A stretch of DNA of 24,889 nt from a virus (taxonomy: Duplodnaviria; Caudoviricetes): IMG/VR virus record IMGVR_UViG_3300036985_000471, positions 1 to 24,889 of that record; one strand, written 5' to 3'. The translations under genes and the position numbers were made by a program. The notes under the pieces were generated by a model that was not told the DNA's origin, ran no database searches, and saw nothing but the letters and a program-made list of their open reading frames with translations. Of the stretch, positions 8,336 to 17,398 are shown piece after piece; the stretch's first letter is position 1; every line of letters starts with the position of its first letter.

Positions 8336-10438
8336 TCACGATCTATTTCCATCAGGAGAAATGTCCAAACGAGGAACACCTAACTGCCATTTTACACCTG
8401 CTGCTGAACTACTTATTCTAAAAGCAACCTGCCTACCACGTAACCTTAAGAATACTTGATTAGTATAATCATACACCTGAGTAGTGGCTTTAGTCCCTGA
8501 TACATTAGCTACATCGTCATTAATAAAGAACCCTTGACCCGGAAAGTTGCGGGTAGATATAGTCATAGTAACAGAAGGGTTAGTAATAACAGAACCAATA
8601 AAATCAACGTCAGGAACAACCCTATTAACCGCTGAGAATTTATCCCCTTCACCTATATCAAAGTCAGCACTCTCAATGTAAGCGGGTATTCCAGCAGGTG
8701 GGTTAATTGACCCATCATTAGTACCGTTTTCATGTTGTACTAGTATGTTATTGTAAGCTGCCCAAGGAAACCCTAAAATATGAGAATCTAACCATGCCGT
8801 CCTAGCTATATCGCCATAATACCAAAGTTTTTCTAAGTAGTTATAAACAACATATCTATCATTATAATCAGATGTACTAGAAGGGTAAAACCACCACACC
8901 TCATTGTATTTCTCGTTAGTCCCTGCACAAACCTGATCTGACTGTGATAAGTTAAAGTCATCAAAAACGTACTGACGTAAGGCACAGGGAAGGGTATCCA
9001 CTCTACCGGAATAAGCATAGAATTTATCATTACCCATCCAATAAGTTATACCGTTGGCTGTTATTGCGCTATTAGGAGAGGCTATGGATACCTCATTAGA
9101 CAGAGTAGAAAACCCAAATGTATAAGGGGGGCCTAAATAGCGCATGGAGTATAAGGCACTATCAGACCATATCAGGGTCTCTTGTCTTGTTTTTTCTGAT
9201 GTAATGAGAGCACTACCATAAACTAGACGTTGACTACCTGCAGTATTTGTTACAGCGGGGGTCCATACTAGAGGGTTTCCTTGACTGCACCACCTAACAA
9301 GCATGGGGTCTTGATCTGTAGTAAGTGTAGGAGCTGTGGCGTAAGGGTCATTTGCTCCTAGCGCTAGTATATGGCGCTCTTCTGTTACAAATACTCTAGC
9401 CGCTACATTAGGCGCTTGACCATCAGTTCCAACCAAGGCTGTTATATCTACACCTCGTCCTGTAACCTGCCCACTAGAAGTTAAATAGGTTGTGGCGGAC
9501 CAGTAATATACCCCACCATCACGGACGTTATATACTAAATCTTGACCGAAGTTATCTGCACTCCATAAGCGAAGTCCTTGTAGTTCATAAGTAGAGGGGT
9601 ATGGTTCCCCCCATTTACGATGTTGTCCCCAAGGACCAACACCCCAACCATTACCAAAAGTAGCAACTGCTTGACCTACGTGAATTTGGTACTCAGCCAC
9701 AACAGGCGCACTACCGCCTCCATTAGTAACAGCTGTTGACTGTATCCCTGTGTAAATACAAATGTAGTTTGTTGATTGCGAGGCTACTGTGTACTCGGCA
9801 TTGAGGACAGCTGTACTGTAAGGACCAAAAGATGTAGCACCTGAAAAAGTTACATAATCCCCTATGTAAGCTGCGTTAGCTGTACTTGCTACTATTAAAT
9901 AAGGGCTTGATACTACTGCACTGATACTGTGAACCGCCGCTGTTGTTCCGTTATACCCACGAATACATGTTGATAGGGTATTTACAGCCGCAGAAGTAAC
10001 GTAAATGTCTTCAGAGTCTATAGTAATTGTATAAGGGTAAGCATAGGTAAACGAAGTGCCACTAGTGACAGATATGGTTGTATCAGTAGCTGAAATACCC
10101 GCTGAAAGCGTAGAATATATAGGGTAAAAAGGGTTAGCCGCAAGGTTGCTTGATAAGCGGATAGGAGTAATGTCGAAGTAAACACCACCTATATACAGAT
10201 AGTATTTTAAATTAGTTCCCAAACCAACAATATAGTTGCCATTAAGGGCTACCCATTCTACTAAGCTACGACACGTTCCTACATAGGTATTTGTAGTAGG
10301 TGAGACCCAACCATTTATCTTTTCAGGAGAACCACTTCTAAACCGTACCCATTGACATGCGTAGAACCCACCAGTATTGGCAAGGTTTGTAGACTCTCTG
10401 GAGACTCCGGGTCTAAACTGAAGATATTGTAAAGCCAT
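8336..10438 (-). CDS. Putative tail nozzle/DNA-stabilisation protein (P22 gp10 / T7 gp12-like position), 700 aa
   Basis: Large beta-rich protein with Trp/Tyr-rich propeller-like strands (LWSADNFGQDL, VRWCSQ, NEVWWFYP, YVVYNYLEKLWYYG) and an R.RGRQVAFRI C-terminus, located just before the ejection block. Confidence 0.6.
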   Translation of the reverse strand: MALQYLQFRPGVSRESTNLANTGGFYACQWVRFRSGSPEKINGWVSPTTNTYVGTCRSLVEWVALNGNYIVGLGTNLKYYLYIGGVYFDITPIRLSSNLAANPFYPIYSTLSAGISATDTTISVTSGTSFTYAYPYTITIDSEDIYVTSAAVNTLSTCIRGYNGTTAAVHSISAVVSSPYLIVASTANAAYIGDYVTFSGATSFGPYSTAVLNAEYTVASQSTNYICIYTGIQSTAVTNGGGSAPVVAEYQIHVGQAVATFGNGWGVGPWGQHRKWGEPYPSTYELQGLRLWSADNFGQDLVYNVRDGGVYYWSATTYLTSSGQVTGRGVDITALVGTDGQAPNVAARVFVTEERHILALGANDPYATAPTLTTDQDPMLVRWCSQGNPLVWTPAVTNTAGSQRLVYGSALITSEKTRQETLIWSDSALYSMRYLGPPYTFGFSTLSNEVSIASPNSAITANGITYWMGNDKFYAYSGRVDTLPCALRQYVFDDFNLSQSDQVCAGTNEKYNEVWWFYPSSTSDYNDRYVVYNYLEKLWYYGDIARTAWLDSHILGFPWAAYNNILVQHENGTNDGSINPPAGIPAYIESADFDIGEGDKFSAVNRVVPDVDFIGSVITNPSVTMTISTRNFPGQGFFINDDVANVSGTKATTQVYDYTNQVFLRLRGRQVAFRISSSAAGVKWQLGVPRLDISPDGNRS

Positions 10439-10458
10439 CCATCAACCCCTAAATAATT

Positions 10459-10914
10459 CTATGCAGTGCTAGTTAAAAAAAGTGCCATCTCAGCTTTACG
10501 TCTACGTGTTAGACCCGCTAATGACTTACCTTTGGCTTTATCCCAGCGAAGAAACTGCGGAGCTATTAGGTCTGGTGCAGTTCCTGCGTTTAACATTTTT
10601 ACTAAAGTGGAAGATGTAAAGTTTCCTTGACCGATATTGTAACATAGCGATACACAAGCATCAAATTGACTTTGTTGTACAGGTATAGTAAGCACTTTAT
10701 TAACCACCTTTTCAAAAGTAGCTATGTCATGGTGCAAGTACATATCTCCTACAGCCTCTGTTATTTTAGGGTCTGAGAGTTTAACAGCTTTCCCATCAGG
10801 GTATCGAGTAGTCCCCCAGCCTATAGTAGGTACACCTGCGGCACAAAGATAAGGCGCCGCTCTAAAGCTTTCAAACTCTTTAATAAGAGCTACACCCTTG
10901 CTAGACGTTTCCAT
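10459..10914 (-). CDS. Endolysin, GH24 (T4/P21-type) lysozyme
   Basis: E15-x8-C24-x5-T30 catalytic triad (FESFRAAPYLCAAGVPTIGWG), QFDACVSLCYNIG and GLTRRRKAEMALF. No N-terminal SAR helix. Confidence 0.95.
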   Translation of the reverse strand: METSSKGVALIKEFESFRAAPYLCAAGVPTIGWGTTRYPDGKAVKLSDPKITEAVGDMYLHHDIATFEKVVNKVLTIPVQQSQFDACVSLCYNIGQGNFTSSTLVKMLNAGTAPDLIAPQFLRWDKAKGKSLAGLTRRRKAEMALFLTSTA

Positions 10915-10929
10915 TATCTATTTATCCTA

Positions 10930-11091
10930 TCAGTCTTTTAGTATCATGCCAAGACCACCAGCAACACCGCCATCAAGTAATAAAAGTTGGTCTATAGGCT
11001 TACCTAAGAATATAAATACTGCTCCTACTACAGCAGTCACTACCCAGATAATGCCTCGTTTTGTTGACGCTTCAGACCATTCTATTTTCAT
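10930..11091 (-). CDS. Small two-TM membrane protein, putative holin, copy B (53 aa; not in ORF track)
   Basis: Hand translation: MKIEWSEASTKRGIIWVVTAVVGAVFIFLGKPIDQLLLLDGGVAGGLGMILKD. It has an ATGA overlap with the upstream gene and directly precedes the lysozyme. Confidence 0.75.
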   Translation of the reverse strand: MKIEWSEASTKRGIIWVVTAVVGAVFIFLGKPIDQLLLLDGGVAGGLGMILKD

Positions 11092-11288
11092 TTAACTGCC
11101 TCCCTAAAAGGTGTTAAATCTTCAGTTGTCCAGAAGTCTTTGGTTAACATAATTTCAATATGTTCTTTGTTTCTTTTTATGCAATCAGCCCATTGAGCAT
11201 CTGACATTTTTTCATGTTTAACACCATTAATAAGATTTACTGAATCCATAGTTGATAGGTATTGTTGTGCTGGATTAATTTCTAACAT
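11088..11288 (-). CDS. Small tail-fibre-associated protein (66 aa)
   Basis: TAATG-coupled to the fibre gene. Contains DSVNLI...RNKEHIEIML.KDFWTTEDLTP. Function inferred from position. Confidence 0.55.
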   Translation of the reverse strand: MLEINPAQQYLSTMDSVNLINGVKHEKMSDAQWADCIKRNKEHIEIMLTKDFWTTEDLTPFREAVK

Positions 11289-13165
11289 TATAGCTTTCCT
11301 TCTAAGGCTTCTAACCGAGCAGTTAGCTCTTTGATTGCGTTAATCATAGGGGTAATTAAATCTGCCATACCAAGGCGTTGTGTACCATCTTCATCTTCTG
11401 ACCATCCAGTAAATGTGTCTACACCTGCTTTATCAAGGGCTGCTTTTACATTTTGAGCTATAAGACCGTGCATTACTACATTGGTATCTTGCACATTCTT
11501 TTCAGCGTAATGCGCTGTTAATTCTTTAGGGATTTCATTAGAAGGTTTCCAGCGGTACGTTACTGGTTCTAGGTCATTAATAAATGTTAGCCCCAGTGTA
11601 TCTTTTCCAATTACATTCTTAATACGCTCATCAGATGAAAATGCCCATGTAGCATTTACTGTATAAGAATTAGAAATTCGATTTGTACCGTTACCAATAA
11701 CAACCGCATTATTTGTAGGGTGAGTAAATAAACTACCAATACCTATTCTACCTGTTGAAGCAGTACCAAGTGTAATTCCATTGCCAAATACTTGGTTGTA
11801 TGAACCAGTCGTTAATCCTAAACCCGCATCATCACCTACAGCTGTATTGTAACTTCCTGTAGTGTTGTTAGAGAGAGCGTAATCACCTATTGCTGTATTA
11901 AAAGAACCATTAGTGCTACTAGTAAGCGAATTTACCCCCATTGATGTGTTGAAGGTTCCTGTGGTGTTGTTACTTAGGGCGGTTGATCCAACTGCTGTAT
12001 TATTTGATCCTGTCGTGCTGTTCAGCATGGATGATCCCCCTACTGATGTATTATTTTGTCCTGTAGTGTTAGCGGAAAGGGCATATCCACCTATAGCTGT
12101 ATTGCTACTACCTGTAGTGTTAGCGATAAGTGCATATCCAACTCCTACATTATATACACCAACTGTGTTAGATTTAAGTGCGTAAAACCCCACTGCTACA
12201 TTGCTATTTCCTGTGGTGTTTGCTGTAAGAGCATCTACGCCTACAGCTGTGTTATCAGACCCTGTGGTGTTAGAATCTAAAGCCCGATCACCCGCTGCAA
12301 AGCTACTTGCATCAGCACCAGCGCCATATGAACCTCTTAATGCAAATGCACCTGTGATAGTAACCGCACCTGCTGCTGTTAGGGCGGCTGTATTAACTGT
12401 GCCTGTAAATGTAGGGCTTATTGAAAATACAGCAGACCCTGAGCCTGTTTCGTTTGTTAAAGCAGTGGCAAGTTGAGCTGAAGTAAAAGACCCTAACAAG
12501 GTTGCATTACCAACAGAAGTAACTGCACCAGTAAGATTAGCATTAGTTACTACAGTAGCGGCATTACCAACAGAAGTTACCATACCTGTAAGATCAGCAT
12601 TAGTAGTTACATTACTTGCTGTTAGATTTGCTACCGCTGTAGTAGACGCCACCACAAAAGGTGCTGTGCCTGTAGTAACGGTAGATTGTACCGTAGTGAA
12701 TCTGCCTGTAGTCGCTGTAGTAGCACCTATTGTAGTGCCGTCTATAGTACCGCTTGTAACTGTTAGGGCATTAATCGCTTCGTAGAAATTAATTGAATCA
12801 CAGTAAATAAACTTCTTAGCTCCAGCAATTAAAGTAACACCACCACCACCAGAGGCAATAAAGTTAAGAGAAGCATTTGAATTATTATATACGATGTAAA
12901 CTTTGCCTTTTGCAGGGGCGGTTATAGTACGAGTAACACCGGGCGTTCCAGTAGCTATAATTACCATCGGACGGGATTGATCTGACGCACCATCTAGAGC
13001 GGTTAGCGTAACATTACCTGCTGTTACATTAATAGATACTCCTCCTGTAATAGCTTGTTCAAGTAGGGTTCCAAGATTAGTATTAGTTGTACCACCCCAT
13101 GTGTTAGCTTGTTCACCAACAGCGATGAGCTCTATACGTAGGTTAGGTGAAAATGTTGAAGCCAT
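11288..13165 (-). CDS. Tail fibre/receptor-binding protein with 14-aa beta-roll repeats and a C-terminal intramolecular chaperone (peptidase S74-like)
   Basis: About 12 repeats of NTTGSxNTAVGxxAL (~11800-12290), then FS|SDERIK autocleavage motif, GLIAQNV and a terminal coiled coil (LITPMINAIKELTARLEALE). Confidence 0.85.
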   Translation of the reverse strand: MASTFSPNLRIELIAVGEQANTWGGTTNTNLGTLLEQAITGGVSINVTAGNVTLTALDGASDQSRPMVIIATGTPGVTRTITAPAKGKVYIVYNNSNASLNFIASGGGGVTLIAGAKKFIYCDSINFYEAINALTVTSGTIDGTTIGATTATTGRFTTVQSTVTTGTAPFVVASTTAVANLTASNVTTNADLTGMVTSVGNAATVVTNANLTGAVTSVGNATLLGSFTSAQLATALTNETGSGSAVFSISPTFTGTVNTAALTAAGAVTITGAFALRGSYGAGADASSFAAGDRALDSNTTGSDNTAVGVDALTANTTGNSNVAVGFYALKSNTVGVYNVGVGYALIANTTGSSNTAIGGYALSANTTGQNNTSVGGSSMLNSTTGSNNTAVGSTALSNNTTGTFNTSMGVNSLTSSTNGSFNTAIGDYALSNNTTGSYNTAVGDDAGLGLTTGSYNQVFGNGITLGTASTGRIGIGSLFTHPTNNAVVIGNGTNRISNSYTVNATWAFSSDERIKNVIGKDTLGLTFINDLEPVTYRWKPSNEIPKELTAHYAEKNVQDTNVVMHGLIAQNVKAALDKAGVDTFTGWSEDEDGTQRLGMADLITPMINAIKELTARLEALEGKL

Positions 13166-13176
13166 AAAATTATCCT

Positions 13177-13923
13177 TTATTGAGTATCGTTTACAGGGGT
13201 CCAGTTAACCGTTTGGGAATCATTTACCGCAGTCCATGATGTTGCTTGATTGTCATCTACAGATATCCACCCTATACTTACTAACGGTAGTTTACCACTT
13301 GATTCAGCAAATGCTAATTCAGCAAAACTTTCTGTGCTATATGTTTGTGGTTGAAACTGTCCTTGAGTATCGTCTATTTTAAACCACCCTCTGGCATACT
13401 GGGAGTCAGATAACACAACTTGCTCTAAACAACTAGGTTTAAATTGAGCTAAAACTGACTCAATAGAAGATAAGCTTAAAGGCTCTACACTTATGCCTAC
13501 AAACCCGGCAAGTCCAGTTTGTACATTTGTTAAAGTAATAGTCTCAACTTGAGAAACAGCATACTGAAGCCCACCAACTTGACTATCGGTTAGAGTTTGA
13601 CTATTAGCTTGTGTTCCTACAAAAGCTGCAATTACATTTTCTAGTGTACTTAGTGTTACAGCACTACTGCTCTCAGTTACAGGGAAGTTTTGTACAGCTG
13701 TTTCTACATTACTTAATGTTTGAGTTTCAGTTAAACTTCCTAAAAACCCTGCAAGTCCAGTTTGTACATTTGTTAAAGTTTGAGTGTTATCTTGTGTTCC
13801 TACAAACTGAGCGGAGCTTGTTTGTACATTTGTTAAAGTTATAGTCTCGTTAACACTATCAACATAATCAATAATGCCTAATCCAGCAAACGTAGACTGT
13901 GCAAATGTAGTTATAGCAAACAT
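13177..13923 (-). CDS. Repeat-containing tail/fibre structural protein (248 aa)
   Basis: About 20-aa repeats (ETITLTNVQTGLAGFVG..), FAxxxFA motif near both ends and C-terminal W..V[DN]D.Q repeats. The DNA repeat gcaagtccagtttgtacatttgttaaagt occurs at ~13508 and ~13751. Confidence 0.6.
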   Translation of the reverse strand: MFAITTFAQSTFAGLGIIDYVDSVNETITLTNVQTSSAQFVGTQDNTQTLTNVQTGLAGFLGSLTETQTLSNVETAVQNFPVTESSSAVTLSTLENVIAAFVGTQANSQTLTDSQVGGLQYAVSQVETITLTNVQTGLAGFVGISVEPLSLSSIESVLAQFKPSCLEQVVLSDSQYARGWFKIDDTQGQFQPQTYSTESFAELAFAESSGKLPLVSIGWISVDDNQATSWTAVNDSQTVNWTPVNDTQ

Positions 13924-14084
13924 CAGTCTTTTAGTATCACGCCAAGACCACCAGCAACCCCACCAGCGAGTAATAAAAGTTGGTCTATAGGCTTACCTAA
14001 GAATATGAATACACTCCCTATTACAGCAGTTGCGACCCATATAATACCTCGTTTTGTAGAAGCCTCAGACCATTCTATTTTCAT
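13923..14084 (-). CDS. Small two-TM membrane protein, putative holin, copy A (53 aa; not in ORF track)
   Basis: Hand translation: MKIEWSEASTKRGIIWVATAVIGSVFIFLGKPIDQLLLLAGGVAGGLGVILKD. It fills the gap exactly, with TAATG and TGATG overlaps on either side. Confidence 0.75.
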   Translation of the reverse strand: MKIEWSEASTKRGIIWVATAVIGSVFIFLGKPIDQLLLLAGGVAGGLGVILKD

Positions 14085-14296
14085 TACGCCCAGCCAATCG
14101 CTTTTGCATAGTCAACAGCGCCTGTTACTTCAACAAGGAACTCGTCTTTTTGTTCTAGGGCGTAACATTTACGCTCATAAGTTGAAGCGATAATCTCACC
14201 GTCTTTTATGATTTGATTTGTCCATTGCACGTTAAAAACTTGCAGATCAGGTAGTGCGTTGACTTGTGATAATATTCTTTGTTCTATGATTGCCAT
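14084..14296 (-). CDS. Small tail-fibre-associated protein (70 aa)
   Basis: Follows fibre 14305-15534 with an AGGA RBS. Contains the VQW...I.KDGEII..YER pattern seen in short genes downstream of fibres. Confidence 0.6.
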   Translation of the reverse strand: MAIIEQRILSQVNALPDLQVFNVQWTNQIIKDGEIIASTYERKCYALEQKDEFLVEVTGAVDYAKAIGWA

Positions 14297-14304
14297 TTTT
14301 ATTC

Positions 14305-15534
14305 CTATGATGCAAGTTGATAAGTAACAGTGAGGGCTAAATTTCCAGTCGCAGCTATAGCTACTCTTACAACCCCCGTTGTGCTTCCTGTTATTTGGAT
14401 ACCGCTAACTGCGGTTGACGATACCGCACTTCCTGCGGAGTACGAAACAGCGGCAATCGGTAAAGTGAAAGTTGCATTAGTAAGGCAAGACACAGACGTT
14501 GCGTTAATCCATATGTTTGCGGTTATTACTCTACCTACTTTTGTATATCTAGCTTCAGAAGTTCCTGATGTGATAGTGAAGTTTACATAGGTTGGAGTCC
14601 AAGTTCCTTCTTCATAGTCATCCAGCGTATTTGCATTTGAACTTACATCTACTGCCGCAGGGAAGGTTATTCCTGTTCCAACTGTTGTTGGTGCAGCTGC
14701 TCCTACAGAGATGTTCTTTTGTAGAGTTACGTTGCCGGAGGAGTCGATGCGCATGCGTTCTGCGTTAGAACCAGTACCAATTTCACCGCTATTAGTAGAC
14801 GCACCAGTATAAAGACGAACATTCCCTGAAGTAGATGTAGCAGCTAAAGCAAGGTCATTTCCTACTCCTGCTGATTGTTGTCCAATAGCAGGTAAATTTG
14901 ACTCAGATGCAGTTTGGGCTTTACCAAAAACAAGACGATTAGTAGTTACTACTGTTGAATCACCAATTTGTGCTTTTGCTGTAGGACTACTCGTCCCAAT
15001 CCCCACGTTGCCTGATGCATCTTTGTATATCTGGTTTGTACCTATTGCAACTACGCCTGTGCCACCTGTAAGTGTGCCTGTGTAGGCTAAGGTAGTAAAA
15101 GCACCTGTAGTTGCAGTAGTCGCACCGACAGTTCCATTAATATTTATTGACGCAGTACCAGTTAAATTTGTAACTACACCTGAAGCAGGGGTACCAAGAC
15201 CAATAGCGTTACCTGAAGCATCTTTCCATAGACCTTTTGAAGAAGGATATGTTACAAATACGTCTTTAACACCAGCAGTAAATGTTACTAACGCATCCGC
15301 ATTGGAAGAAGATAAGACTGTGGTACGAGCAAGTGTAGTTCCTGAAGCCGTATAAGTACCAATACCTACTTCCCAATTAGCCCCACCTTGGTCAGCAATA
15401 CAGTAATACGTAGTGTTAGCGTTACCTACAACAGCAAAAGACTGAAACCCTGTGGTTGCGCCCAATAGAGTCGCCGTACCTGTACCTGTTACAGTAGTTG
15501 TTTCTTTTACCCGATCATATAATGCGAGGGCCAT
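14305..15534 (-). CDS. Tail fibre protein (409 aa)
   Basis: N-terminal DRVKETTT.TGTG...WEVGIGTY anchor, SGNVGIGTSSP and ERMRIDSSGNV shaft motifs, and NTLDDYEEGTWTPT plus YTKVGRVI tip domain. Confidence 0.8.
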   Translation of the reverse strand: MALALYDRVKETTTVTGTGTATLLGATTGFQSFAVVGNANTTYYCIADQGGANWEVGIGTYTASGTTLARTTVLSSSNADALVTFTAGVKDVFVTYPSSKGLWKDASGNAIGLGTPASGVVTNLTGTASININGTVGATTATTGAFTTLAYTGTLTGGTGVVAIGTNQIYKDASGNVGIGTSSPTAKAQIGDSTVVTTNRLVFGKAQTASESNLPAIGQQSAGVGNDLALAATSTSGNVRLYTGASTNSGEIGTGSNAERMRIDSSGNVTLQKNISVGAAAPTTVGTGITFPAAVDVSSNANTLDDYEEGTWTPTYVNFTITSGTSEARYTKVGRVITANIWINATSVSCLTNATFTLPIAAVSYSAGSAVSSTAVSGIQITGSTTGVVRVAIAATGNLALTVTYQLAS

Positions 15535-15543
15535 AGTTATTCC

Positions 15544-16107
15544 TTAAGCTGCGGTTGCTGAGTAACTTACACTGAGCGTATCGCCTGACGTTACAATTTT
15601 AGACCCTGCAGTAAAGTCACCCGCACTAAACAACACACCTGTTGTGTTATCAATAGTAGCTGAGCCGCCTAAGTTAATAAAGCATCCAGCAATAGTACCA
15701 GAGCCTGTCATTGTAAATACAACCGGAGTAGAAGTAGCTTTAACTCCTGCTGCTGCTGCACTAAATGTTGGTGTTGGGCGATTACCAGAATAAGTAGGTA
15801 AGTTAGCAAGCCCTACTTCTAGCCAAGTATGTGATGCTTGAGTATCGGTTACAAGAGCAGTACCTGTGCCTTTAAGACCCATAACAACTGCGCCTACAGC
15901 GACATTGCCTAGCATGGTGTCCATAGTAGAGTCTTTACCGACAGTGGTAACTAAGTTGCCAATTACATCAGCCCATTTAATAACACCAAATTTGTCATGG
16001 CATACTACTTCATAAGTTCCGTGTAAACTCATAGACTCTTCATAACTTGCTCCACGATCTACTGAGGCAGAGCAGGTATCCCCTATATTTGTTTTTTCAA
16101 TATGCAT
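15544..16107 (-). CDS. Virion structural protein (187 aa)
   Basis: Beta-rich with NLVTTVGK and LFSAGDF...VTSGDTLSVSY motifs. Lies in the tail block. Confidence 0.55.
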   Translation of the reverse strand: MHIEKTNIGDTCSASVDRGASYEESMSLHGTYEVVCHDKFGVIKWADVIGNLVTTVGKDSTMDTMLGNVAVGAVVMGLKGTGTALVTDTQASHTWLEVGLANLPTYSGNRPTPTFSAAAAGVKATSTPVVFTMTGSGTIAGCFINLGGSATIDNTTGVLFSAGDFTAGSKIVTSGDTLSVSYSATAA

Positions 16108-16116
16108 TTAAAACCC

Positions 16117-16545
16117 CTAAGAAATTATAATTACAGCCGTTGTAGCTGTAGCTGGTGGGAAAGTTACTGTAAATGTGTTATTAGTAGATGAGAATGGCCC
16201 GCCAAAATTTAAAACAGCCACCGCTTTATTAGCGTTTGTAGAGTTATAAATAAGCGCCCCTGATGCAGTTAATGTAGAGCTCAACCATAAACTATTAGTA
16301 AAAGACACAAATGCAGTTGTACCTGAAAGAGATATACTTTGACCTGTTAGAGTGTTTCCTCCTGCGACATATCCTGACCCTACTACTTCACCTATAATCG
16401 TATACACCGTAGTATTTGAGTTTAATTCCGCTGCTGAAGTGTACAAAGCTACTTTAAATGTATCCCCTGTAATTGGGGTAAAGTCGTGTACCGCTGCTAA
16501 TAACTCTGTTTTAAATGAATCGCATAACGATTGAGTAATAGCCAT
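16117..16545 (-). CDS. Virion structural protein (142 aa)
   Basis: SFKTELL...TFKVALYT...GYVAGG.TL...GALIYN...AVLNFG pattern, beta-rich, in the tail block. Confidence 0.6.
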   Translation of the reverse strand: MAITQSLCDSFKTELLAAVHDFTPITGDTFKVALYTSAAELNSNTTVYTIIGEVVGSGYVAGGNTLTGQSISLSGTTAFVSFTNSLWLSSTLTASGALIYNSTNANKAVAVLNFGGPFSSTNNTFTVTFPPATATTAVIIIS

Positions 16546-16546
16546 A

Positions 16547-17227
16547 TTAGATTACCTTATCTCGTACTTGAGTAACTCTGTAGGAGTCTTGTCTATTCTT
16601 TCCATCGCCTAGTTGTTTAACTTCAGCCATAACTTGGTCAAACTTAGCTTGGTATGTTTTAACTAACTCTGTCTCACCTTTTAAGAATATGTATCCTTCA
16701 ACTAAAGACCCCCAAAGTAAAGCGTTAGGAAACTCTGTGCTTACCCAAGTAGTTCCAGAAGCCGCATCTACAATAGATTCTGGGTAGGCGTAATAGTGCA
16801 TCTCTACATTATAATTAACATCAGGAGTAGGCCCTATTAAGAAAGTATTATTATCAAAAAGGCTATAGTACTGGGGTATCCCCTCCACTGAAGGATAAGG
16901 AAACGCTTCTCTTATATAGTTAACATCCTTGTTTAATAGATACTGATACGTAGGAGTAGGGACTAAATTAATTGTAACTGATGGTATAACAGCTAAAGAA
17001 AATATAGACAAGAAGTCAGACGGTAGGGTTAAATAGGGGTTTCCAGTAGTCAGAGCCCCAAGTACATTTACCCGAAAAGCAGGTAGCTGTACTGTATTAT
17101 TAATGATAATCTCAGTGTTCTGAATAAAGTTGTCAATGTTTGCAACAAAAGTAGGTTCAGCGCCGTCACCGACATACTCCACCATAAGATATTGTTGTAT
17201 AGCAGTTTTCAACTCAGTGTAAGTCAT
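16547..17227 (-). CDS. Putative head-tail adaptor / tail tubular protein A-like (226 aa)
   Basis: MTYTELKTAIQQY helical start, LPSDFL, G.PQYY, GPTPD..Y.VEMHYY and P.ALLWGSLVE motifs typical of podovirus adaptors. Confidence 0.65.
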   Translation of the reverse strand: MTYTELKTAIQQYLMVEYVGDGAEPTFVANIDNFIQNTEIIINNTVQLPAFRVNVLGALTTGNPYLTLPSDFLSIFSLAVIPSVTINLVPTPTYQYLLNKDVNYIREAFPYPSVEGIPQYYSLFDNNTFLIGPTPDVNYNVEMHYYAYPESIVDAASGTTWVSTEFPNALLWGSLVEGYIFLKGETELVKTYQAKFDQVMAEVKQLGDGKNRQDSYRVTQVRDKVI

Positions 17228-17230
17228 AGC

Positions 17231-17398
17231 TTAGCCCATTTTGCTTGTAGCCATAGTGCCTCTAATAGCTGCACCAGTACCACGTACTTTAATAGTTTTC
17301 TTATTGTCTATCTTAACAGGGTAGCCGTTGCCTACAGGAGTAGGTATAGATTTAACCCCCTTGTATTCAGCAGACCCTTCAATATGTTGCTTAGCCAT
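17231..17398 (-). CDS. Small basic protein with an RGTGAAIRG C-terminal motif (55 aa; not in ORF track)
   Basis: Hand translation: MAKQHIEGSAEYKGVKSIPTPVGNGYPVKIDNKKTIKVRGTGAAIRGTMATSKMG. TAATG overlap with the upstream gene, GAGG RBS, fills the gap. Confidence 0.8.
   Translation of the reverse strand: MAKQHIEGSAEYKGVKSIPTPVGNGYPVKIDNKKTIKVRGTGAAIRGTMATSKMG

Larger units (their letters stand above)
10930..14084 (-). repeat. Dispersed direct repeat of 162 bp (10930-11091 and 13923-14084), 2993 bp apart
   Basis: Hand alignment gives 143/162 identical nt and 48/53 identical aa, with no indels. Confidence 0.95.

Noticed and set aside
10930-14084. Repeat pair as a diversity-generating retroelement TR/VR
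   Set aside because: Mismatches are not adenine-specific, are mostly synonymous, both copies are intact genes, and no reverse transcriptase is in the window.
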